A stretch of 29,123 nt of DNA, taken from positions 1 to 29,123 of the forward strand of contig JAYZAY010000025.1 of NCBI GenBank assembly GCA_036339465.1. The letters run 5' to 3'. Source of the stretch: Myxococcota bacterium. Lineage in GTDB: Bacteria; Myxococcota; XYA12-FULL-58-9; JABJBS01. Under the pieces are notes generated by a model, which was given only the letters and a program-made list of their open reading frames with translations, was not told the origin of the DNA and ran no database searches. Positions 18,026-27,400 of the stretch are shown here, piece after piece; within the stretch, counting starts at the first letter, position 1, and each line of letters begins with the position of its first letter. The position numbers and the translations under genes were made by a program.

Positions 18026-19423
18026 ATGAATTGGCTACTAAAACTCTCCGTAGGAGTGGTGCTTGGCTACATCTCGACCATTGGCACTGCACTTGGCGCT
18101 GGATACTGGAATCCGGGACAACCCGTGAGTAACTACGCCCGCGGTGGTGCCCATATTGCCGCCACGGGCGATCCCTCGGCGGTTTTTCTCAATCCGGCGG
18201 CCTTGGCGGGCCTAGATGGATTTCAATTTATCGTGGGTGCCGATTTGAATCACGATATGCGGGCCTTTGATGCGACTTGGGCCGATGAGGGGGGCCATGA
18301 TAAGGGCAAGGCTGCAAATCAATATTCTTTGGCCAGACTACCAACCCCCAACATGTTTTTCAGTTATCGTCTGGATACACCTGGTCTGGTTTTGGGGCTG
18401 GGGCTCTGGGGCCCACCCCGCACGGATCAGGTTTACGAGGATGCCACGGGGGCGGAGTTCCTTCCGGAAGGGGACCAACGCTATAGTGCCGTGACCAGCC
18501 GTAATCTGGAGGTTCACACGGCCCTGTCTCTGGCTTGGGAGGCACCTTGGAAGAAGTTGCGCGTCGGTTTGACCGGCGGATTTGTCCATATGACTTTGGA
18601 CATCAGCCTGAGTCAGAATGTCCATAGCCTCGGTTCCGAAGGTGATTCGGATTATGATGTTTATGGATTGGTTCAGGCAAGTCATTATTGGATACCCAGT
18701 GGTGGCTTCGGTGCTTCTATTGAACCCTTAAGCGGGTGGACCCTAGCGGTGTCTGGACAATTTGCCTTCGATATTGAGGCAGCGGGCACCTTGGAATTGA
18801 AGCTGGGACCAGGAATCGAAGGCACGGCTCAAATCAATGGCAAAGACATTCGTTTGTTGGCAAAGATGCCGGGCATTCTTCGAGTGGCATCGGCCTATGA
18901 CTTTGCGGCCCACAAACTTCCCTTGGAACTGGAAGTGGCTTTTGTTTACGAAAATTGGTCCAGAAATCGAGTTGCGAATATTTTTCCCCAGGGGATAACC
19001 ACGGAAATACCAGGTCTCCAGGATAAGGAACCTTTGGCCCCCATCGAAATTCCCAACCACTTTCGAGATGCTTATAGCATCCGCTTGGGCGGAACCTACG
19101 AGGTTTCTGAAGACCTCCTCGCGCTTTCGGCGGGTGTTTTTTATGAGACTGGCGCGGTTTTGGACACCTATCTTAATGCTTTGGCCCATGATCTCGATAA
19201 ACTCGGGGTTGGTTTGGGGGGCAAGTTAAAATTAGGGGCAGGACTCTCGGCGTATCTCACGGGGGGGTATATTCAATGGTTCGAGCGTAAGGTTACGACC
19301 TCCGAGGTGCGACTTGTCGACCCACTGAATACGAAGAAGGGCGAACTTGGCATCGCCGATGGAACGTATACGGGTTCGCAAATCGTGATGATGGCGGGGG
19401 TGAGTGGGCACTACGATATTTAG
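18026..19423 (+). CDS. OmpP1/FadL/TodX family outer-membrane transporter
   Basis: ATG 18026 after AGAAGGGAAG; signal peptide ending ALG-A; hatch motif ARGGAHIAATGDPSAVFLNPAALAGLDG; amphipathic strands (FRDAYSIRLGGTY, LSAGVFYETGAV); 465 aa. Confidence 0.9.
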   Translation: MNWLLKLSVGVVLGYISTIGTALGAGYWNPGQPVSNYARGGAHIAATGDPSAVFLNPAALAGLDGFQFIVGADLNHDMRAFDATWADEGGHDKGKAANQYSLARLPTPNMFFSYRLDTPGLVLGLGLWGPPRTDQVYEDATGAEFLPEGDQRYSAVTSRNLEVHTALSLAWEAPWKKLRVGLTGGFVHMTLDISLSQNVHSLGSEGDSDYDVYGLVQASHYWIPSGGFGASIEPLSGWTLAVSGQFAFDIEAAGTLELKLGPGIEGTAQINGKDIRLLAKMPGILRVASAYDFAAHKLPLELEVAFVYENWSRNRVANIFPQGITTEIPGLQDKEPLAPIEIPNHFRDAYSIRLGGTYEVSEDLLALSAGVFYETGAVLDTYLNALAHDLDKLGVGLGGKLKLGAGLSAYLTGGYIQWFERKVTTSEVRLVDPLNTKKGELGIADGTYTGSQIVMMAGVSGHYDI

Positions 19424-19495
19424 GTGTCTGTCGATTTTTATGTGACCCATGGGGACTTTACGGTCTGCTCTTTCTTTTTCACGCTCCACCTTGAT

Positions 19496-19524
19496 TTGAA
19501 CCCCCATAGTATGGAGGATATGCT
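19496..19524 (+). promoter_or_regulatory. Putative sigma70 promoter for spoVR
   Basis: TTGAAC (19496-19501), 17-nt spacer, TATGCT (19519-19524), about 40 nt upstream of the ATG. Confidence 0.45.
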
Positions 19525-19563
19525 TTCACCAAGGCACCTTTTCACTAAAGGATATGGCAAAGC

Positions 19564-21057
19564 ATGGTACTACCTGCCCGACTCGAGGAGCAACGGCTTA
19601 AGATTCACGCGTATGCGCAGGATTTTGGTCTCGATTTTTACGATACCATTTTCGAGTATGTGAATTTTGAGGAAATGAGTATGATTGCTTCCTATGGGGG
19701 CTTTCCAACACGCTATCCCCATTGGAAGTTCGGGATGGAATATGAGCAACTTGCCAAGAGCTACAAGTATGGTTTGTCTCGGATCTACGAGTTGGTCATC
19801 AACAATGATCCATCTTATGCATATCTACTGAAATCGAATACGGATACGGACCAAAAATTGGTGATGGCCCATGTTTACGGCCACGTTGATTTTTTCAAAA
19901 ACAATTTTTCTTTTGCCCATACCAACCGAAAGATGATGGATGCCATGGCCAATCATGGCACGCGGATCCGGCGTTATATGGATCGCTATGGGGTGGAGAA
20001 AGTCGAAGGTTTTGTCGATCGCTGTTTGAGTTTGGAAAACCTCATCGACCGCCAGAGTCCTTATATTCAACGTCGCCGTAAGGTTCAGGCGAAACCAGAC
20101 CGCGATGCAGCCCTTGACGAGGTCCCGCAAATCGATGTGGAGCGTGAGTACATGCGCGGTTATGTCAACCCCAAGGGATATTTGGAAGAGCAACGAAAAA
20201 AGCTAGAGGCGCAAAAGGAGAAGGAGCCCCGTTTTCCGGAGCATCCCGAAAATGATATTCTGCTCTTTCTTTTGGAGCACGCACCCTTGGAGAATTGGGA
20301 GTTGGATATTTTGGCCCTCTTACGGTCGGAAGCGTATTATTTTCTTCCCCAAGCCCAAACGAAAATTATGAATGAAGGGTGGGCGAGTTACTGGCACACC
20401 ACGATTATGACTCAAAAGGCTCTGGAGCCAAGCGAAGTGGTGGATTACGCCGATACACATGCGGGTACCATGGGGGTCCAGCCAGGCTCCATCAATCCCT
20501 ACAAACTAGGCTTGGAATTATTTCGCGATATTGAACAGCGCTGGAATAAAGGTCGCTTTGGGCGCGAATGGGTTGAATGTGATGATCTGAAACTCAAGAA
20601 AGACTGGGATACCCAGGTAGGTTTGGGCCGGCAAAAGATCTTTGAGGTTCGGCAGCATTACAATGACGTAACTTTCATCGATGAGTTCCTAACGCCTGAA
20701 TTCGTTTTTGAACAAAAAATGTTCAACTATGGCTTCAATAAAAAGACCGGGAATTGGGAAATCCTAGAGCGAGAATATAAGGCCATTAAATCTAAGCTAT
20801 TGACACAGCTAACGAATTTTGGCCAGCCCCATATTTCAGTGGTGGATGGTAATTATGAGAATCGGGGCGAGCTCCTCGTTGTACACCGCCATGAAGGCAC
20901 GGATTTAAGAAACGACTATATGCGCGATACCCTAGTGAATTTAGTGGGGCTTTGGAGTCGTCCTGTAGTTTTGGCAACGAAATTTGGGGACCGGGGGGTT
21001 CTGGTCAGATTTGACGGTCAAGACTTTTCGGAAACCAAGCTAAAAGAGCCAAAGTGA
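19564..21057 (+). CDS. spoVR: SpoVR/YcgB family protein
   Basis: GGFPTRYPHWKFGMEY, IYELVINNDPSYAYL, VMAHVYGHVDFFKNN, YFLPQAQTKIMNEGWASYWH and INPYKLGLELFRDIE. Confidence 0.95.
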   Translation: MVLPARLEEQRLKIHAYAQDFGLDFYDTIFEYVNFEEMSMIASYGGFPTRYPHWKFGMEYEQLAKSYKYGLSRIYELVINNDPSYAYLLKSNTDTDQKLVMAHVYGHVDFFKNNFSFAHTNRKMMDAMANHGTRIRRYMDRYGVEKVEGFVDRCLSLENLIDRQSPYIQRRRKVQAKPDRDAALDEVPQIDVEREYMRGYVNPKGYLEEQRKKLEAQKEKEPRFPEHPENDILLFLLEHAPLENWELDILALLRSEAYYFLPQAQTKIMNEGWASYWHTTIMTQKALEPSEVVDYADTHAGTMGVQPGSINPYKLGLELFRDIEQRWNKGRFGREWVECDDLKLKKDWDTQVGLGRQKIFEVRQHYNDVTFIDEFLTPEFVFEQKMFNYGFNKKTGNWEILEREYKAIKSKLLTQLTNFGQPHISVVDGNYENRGELLVVHRHEGTDLRNDYMRDTLVNLVGLWSRPVVLATKFGDRGVLVRFDGQDFSETKLKEPK

Positions 21058-21116
21058 GATCGTTTAGTTTGAGTTGATCCTGACCTTGGGGTATGTGGCC
21101 TCCATGGAGGGCGGAT

Positions 21117-21395
21117 ATGCAGATTCGAGAAGATGCCAAGTTTCAGTGGAACCCTAGGGTTGCCAGCAGAACCCTGGACGATACGGCTTTTGTTCTATTT
21201 GATAGCCGCATGGTGAGTTTGAATGAGGTGGGTACCTATATATGGGAAACATACAAGCACCCACATACAACGACCGAGGTTACCGGCGGGGTCGTTGGCG
21301 AGTTTGAGACAACTTCTGAACAAGCTCGTCAGGATACACTTGAGTTTACCAACGCACTTCTGAAAAAATCGTTATTAATCCTTGTGAACGAATAA
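21117..21395 (+). CDS. PqqD family protein (RiPP recognition element, stand-alone)
   Basis: 92 aa; RBS GGAGG; beta-beta-beta then helices pattern VASRTLDDTAFVLF..MVSLNEVGTYIWE...VVGEFETTSEQARQDTLEFTNALLKKSLL. Confidence 0.88.
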   Translation: MQIREDAKFQWNPRVASRTLDDTAFVLFDSRMVSLNEVGTYIWETYKHPHTTTEVTGGVVGEFETTSEQARQDTLEFTNALLKKSLLILVNE

Positions 21396-21416
21396 AAACT
21401 CCTAAGGGGGGTTACT

Positions 21417-24400
21417 ATGGGACGGCTAAAGGTATGGATGGGCTACGCCATGATGGGGGCGTTTGCCATTGTTGAGGGTTGCACTTGTTCTGGGAATGTT
21501 GTGACAGACACCCGCTTGATCGAGTTTGAGAAACCCGCCGCTGATGAATTGATTTCTGTCTTAAATTCCGACGGACAATCGGCCACCTTTGACGTGGCGC
21601 TCAGAGTTTCTGGGTTTTCCGGGAATGTCAAATTGACAAACCTCTCGGACACTACGGCTGAGGTCAAAAGTGCAGAGGTGAGTCTCGGTTATGCTCGATT
21701 TCCTGGCTATACGGCCAAGAGCGGCAGCGTTCAGCTACGGGCGCAGTTTGATGAAGAGGATGTCGACGTTAGTAAGTGCACCACCACGGGAAGTGGTGAG
21801 AATTGCACGGACGTGAGCTTCTACGTCTCCTCGGGGATCTGTTATCTAAAAACGCCCGAGCCCGGTTCCACCCAGACCAGTGATGATTATGATGATGGGG
21901 ATAACTTAGAGGACCCGGTTGAAAAGGATATGTTCGCAAATTGCGAAGGAGTGGATGAAGGGGCCAATGTCGCTCTGAAAATTAATGGATTCATTACCCA
22001 GGTTAAGCAGGTTGCCAGTAAGCAGGTGAGTTTTCCCCGAGTGGCCCTGGGTGAAGGTGCGAATAGGATTGAAATCATTGCGGGCACCGATGCCGAGGGC
22101 GCCAATGCGTCGAAGGGGACCTTCGAGACCACTTTGACGGTGAATACCGGTCGGTGTGAGGTTCACTTTTTACCTGCTTCGGGATCTTCTTTGATCGGTG
22201 TGTCGGACCAGGATCCCGAACTCGAGGGTTTGCAAGCGGAGCTTTTGGTTACCACAACTTGTTCAGACAGTGCCAATATCAACGTAAGCTACCGGGACAA
22301 AGTTTCCGGTGATGGCACTTACACAAAGGTGAGCGGTGGAGCTGGGGTCAGCAAGGATGTTGATGGGGTGAGTTACCGCGCGGTGAGTCTTACTCTACCC
22401 GAAAGTTCTGGAAGCAAAAGCCTTGAGGTTGTTGTGACTGTTGAAGAAACCAATGGTTCCAGAAACGGGGCATCGACTCCCAACTACTATACGGTCGATT
22501 CTTCGGCACCCGGCATTACTGCTGAGAGTATTGCCCAGGGTCTGACCACTTGTTTCTCAGATAAGGATCAGACCGCAGCGGGTTACCAGGAAACTATCTC
22601 GGGAACCTTAGATCCCAGGGATGTGGATTCGACCCTTTGGATTCGGGTTTATGAGGCGGGCACAAGCCCTGCGAATTGTTCTGCGGAAACGAGTTGTGGG
22701 TTGAGCCAGGCATGTTTGGGCACTGGAAACGATGCCCACTGTCGGTATACCACCGCCGTCCAGATTGGGGGCGGTTTTTCACTCGACAACGTGGTGATGC
22801 CCATTGAGGAGGGTGGCAGCGGGGCGCTTATTCTCGAAGTGATTGCCCTTGACCAAGTGGGCAATCAATCCCCTGCGGTCACCAAGGATATCTTTGTGGC
22901 TACGAGCAATACGTCGTCTATCGCTATCACTGCGCCTGTGGACAATGCCAAATTGAAAGCCGATGACAACCTAAACGGCGAAGAGGACGCAGCTTTTGAC
23001 TATAACGTTACGCTACAGACCACCAATGTGGCGGTGGGGACCATGATTACGATGATTGTTGGGGGGGACGTCTCCAATGCGATCACGGCAACTGTTCCTG
23101 TTTCGGCCCCGGATGGCAGTGCCAACAGCTATGGGAAAGCGACCTTTGAGCAGCGACTCACGCTTAAAACGAGTTCAGAGGCGTCTCTTGAATTCGAAAA
23201 GACCGTTAAAGCACAAGTGACTCAGCGTTGTAGTGGGCAGACCCCAGATCCTGCGGAATCTCTGATAAGCCTGAGTGTGGATATGAAGGCGGTGGAAATC
23301 GATGAGGCGAGCATCAGTCCTTCTAAGGATGTTACCTATCCTCAGACAGGTAGCCCAATTGCTTGTTTGAAGAATACCGACGACTCCAATAATTCCATTT
23401 CCGGTATCCAGGCGGATTTTACGGGAGGTTTTACGAAGGACTTAGAGCCCGCGGTGGGTAGCAAGGTTTATTTGGCGGTAGAAGGAAATGCCAGCCATGG
23501 GGCGTGCACGGATCAATGCGGCGGCGGTCGGGTTTGCTACGAAAGTAAGTGTCGCGAGGTGTATACCCTCGATACGGCAGAAAAGGTGGCTGCAGGTTAT
23601 GTCTTTTCCAATATTACCGTTCGGTCCACCAGCGGTAGGGATGGATTGAAAGAGGTCGAAATCACGGTGGTAGAACCCAATGGGGGTGTGGGATCGTTGA
23701 GCTATAGTTTGTATGCCTATCTAGAAGAGCCCACCCTAACCGTGACGAGTATTTTGGAAGGTGGGGTGGAAAAACCCTTTGGAGCCACGCCTATTTACCT
23801 TGGGGCAGATTCCGATGGTAAAACCGGTTTTCAAGGGAGCGTGAAGGTGGGTGCTGCCGGTCTCGCGAATTTAAGGGATCCCGTGACGCTGTCTATTTAT
23901 GGGCTTTCTTTCCGAAATTTCGATTTGACTAAAGGTTCGAGTACTTACGATGGCATTGTTACTTTGGACCACGGTATTGAGAGCACCCTTTTCGCATCTG
24001 TGGATGATGTGTGTGGCAAGGAAATTAAAGCGGTACCGGTCAAAGCCAAGGTCTTTAGCGATATTCCCCCTGCAACGGTTTCTCTTTATGAACCCGGCGA
24101 TACGACGACCGAACTATCGGGTGAAACCAAGGCCTACAGCAATCTCGACGTCGTGGTTAATATGGGATCTGGTTTTACCGGTGAAGCTCGAACCTTAACC
24201 CTAACGGCCCAAACCGGCGTGGATGCGAGTTCGGGTGGGTGTAGTGGTGGGATTGACGTGGACCTAACGGGGTATGCAAACAATCCAAAGGTGGTGACCG
24301 ATGTAACCAGCCATACTTTTGAAGCGTTGCCTTTGGCTCCCGATGCAAAAAACTGTATTCAAGTGCTGGTTACCGATGCCTTTGGTAATTCCAGCTCCGT

Positions 24401-27400
24401 GGCAACCGCCATGATTCAAACCTCGAGCGCAGCGCCGGTCACCTTGGTGGATGGGGATGCTTCAACGGTGGGGTTGGCCGATATTAGCTCGGGCCTCGTA
24501 GACAGTGACCCAGATAAGGTTAAGTATCAGTACACCTTTTATGTGATGGTTGGTGATGCCGGTGGTAATGGTGACGATGTGGACGGAACTTTGTTTTTAA
24601 CCATCGCAGGAAATGGCAAAACAAACACCTACGAGGTGCCTGCGGTAGCCGGGACGAAATTCTACGAATTCGCAGATAGGAACCTTGAGCAAAGTAATTC
24701 AGGGGAGGTGGAAAATACCATCACCGTGACCTATAAAGACAGCTATGGAAATACCACGGTAATTGGTGGTGGCAAGAGTGAGGACTCAGTCAAACTGACC
24801 GCGCCTGCCTCGGCTGGTCCCGATTTGGAATTTACCTCACCCGGTGCCGAGGCCGTCGTTAGCACCATAAACAATTCCAACCAGTTAGAACTTGTGGTGG
24901 GCTTATCAGGGGACTTGGAACCGACCACCTGTGATATCTCCCATACCAAAGATGGTGGTTCCAAGGTGCTCGCATTGGACGATGTGGCTTGGGTGGAAAG
25001 TGCTACCACTGCGACCTATACTCTTACTCTGCCGGATTCGGGAAGCTACGATCTTGAAATTCTCTGCCAATCTAGCAGTGAAGTAGGTGGGGCGACTCTC
25101 CGTATGACCATCGACAACGACGCACCTGACGAGAGTCATCTTTCCTATGTGAATCTGAGCGGTGTGAATGGCGATGACAATTATCTGGTGGATTTTGGGG
25201 CAGCGGCGACCTACGCAAACAGCTATGTCGTGGACCGCGGCACCGGTGGTGATGGGGTTTCTTTAAAACACGAGGTGAAGTTCAATATCACCGAAAACCC
25301 TGGGGACATGAAGGCTATTTTGACCGTGACTCGGCCCAGTGGAGGGGTGGATACCTACACCACGGATTATTTAAAGCCCGGTGATGAAACCCTAACAGCC
25401 GCCGCAGGGGGGGCTGCAAGTGGTAGTCACGCGGTGACGGTGACGAACGCCGGCTCTCCCTACACCGTTCAAATCAACAAGGTGGATTGGGGAAACACCG
25501 ACGGGACGTTCCAATTTTCCCTGGTGCTAGAGGATAGGGCCGGACTTCAATCAGCGGCTAAAACCGCGACCATCCAAAAGGATAGAGTGGCCCCCGACTT
25601 TACCATTGCCACACCCAATGCGGGTTGGGTGGAGGGGAGTTCTATTGTTCTCGACAAACCCTTCGACCAAAACATTGCGGGGGATGGGATTCTCTCGACG
25701 CGTTTCAGCTATGTGACGACCACGAGTGAGTCGGCCATCAACCTGAGCTGGGTTCTTTCCAATACCGTGGATGGTAATGCGTTTGATTTGACTCAGCTTG
25801 AGGTGAATGGAACCCCCCAAACCGGGCTAGGGTCCTTAACCCAAGATAAAACGGGCAGTGGGACTTCCATCCAAACCGATGAAATCAGCTTTTTACTGGA
25901 TAAACCGGGCTACCAGGTCATCGCGACCATTTCGGATGCGGCGGGAAATACCCATACGATCACCTCACTGTTTGAGACACGTTATTTTGAACCGGGAATT
26001 CAGTCAGTGATACCGGCGGATCAGGTATTTAAGAGCGACAGCCAATCGACCACCGCTGGTTTTCAGAGTATTATGCGGTGGGAAATGGTTTCTTTCGTGG
26101 CCGGCGATACCATCGATATCTGCTCCACGGTGAAGACAGGTTATACGCCTTCCATCAAGCGCACTTCCAATGATGCCACCCTCCTCACTAAAGATATGCC
26201 CTGTCGTTGGGGCGTGAATGCTTCCCATAATATTTCTGGGAGTGAAGTGGCGATGGGGGTGGGAACCGATGAGCCTTTGGGTCGGAATTCGCAGCTGAAT
26301 GTTGACACCGGTCAATTTGAGACGGTATCCGAGAGTTACACTCAGCTGGCAAGTTTTGTGGTGGCTCGGTTTGTGGTTGGTAATCCAAGCGATGCGTATC
26401 TTTCTAACCTAACGCTTGAGGACGGTGTGCAATGGATTCATGCGGAATCGACCCAGTCTGATGCCGATCCCGATGAATCTTCCTCCTTTCGCCGTTACCG
26501 GGTCGACTTTAGGGGGCCTGCAGTTGAGAGCCTGTCGTTGAAGCAATGTTCTGAAAGTGTCACCGAGCATTGCAACCACGCAGGTGTTGGGAGCAACGAC
26601 GAAGGCGCCAGCGGGTTTGTGAGAATTGGAGCCGCCGAAGGCACCACCCAAACAGTGGTGGTGGAAATGTCTGGGGATGCGGATTTTGACGGTGGCCCCG
26701 ACATTGATGGGCGCACGGTGACGGTGACGGCCACGCACAGTGAAACCGGGCAGGTTGTGACCGCCGCGGGCACTTTGGGGAGTTGTTCGGGCATGGCCTG
26801 CGGCGCTGAGGTGTCCCTCAATTTAAATCAAGGTGACGGTGACTATGTGTTGACCGCTTCGGCCAGTGATGCGTTTGGCAATCAAGGGGATGAAGGCGGC
26901 AACATGCGTGTGAAGTTGGCGAGCTCGGCGGTTTCAGTTTCCTTTGACCCTTCGGTTCAGGCCAATGCTTGCTTGGTGAGCAATGGTGTTTGCACGGCGG
27001 GGGCTGAGGGCGACGGGGATGCGGAGTTTGCGGATGCCGCCAAAACGTCTTCGGAGAACCAAGCCATGCAAGGGGCTGTCCGGTTTGGTTTTGGGGATGC
27101 ACCCCTGGCGGATTCTAAGGTTACGGTGACTGTTTATGACGCTTTAACCGATGGCACGGTGGTGAGTACCACTTCGGAAAAAACGGTGGTCATTGGCCAG
27201 CAGTATCTAGATTTTCAGGAAGTTGATGGCATCAAGTTCCAACCCGGAAACAACTATGTGGATGTTTCCTATGGGGACGCTTTCGGTAACACGAGTTCCC
27301 TGGGAAGCCGGCAATTGGTGAAAGTGGATTTCAAACCGCCCACCACAAGCTTGACCTTCACAAACTTTAGCGCCGATAAAACCACCGCTTGTGCCGCGGC

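Noticed and set aside
19424..19663. 79-aa ORF as a possible RiPP precursor for the PqqD protein
   Set aside because: It overlaps the spoVR start and candidate promoter, and shows no leader/core pattern.
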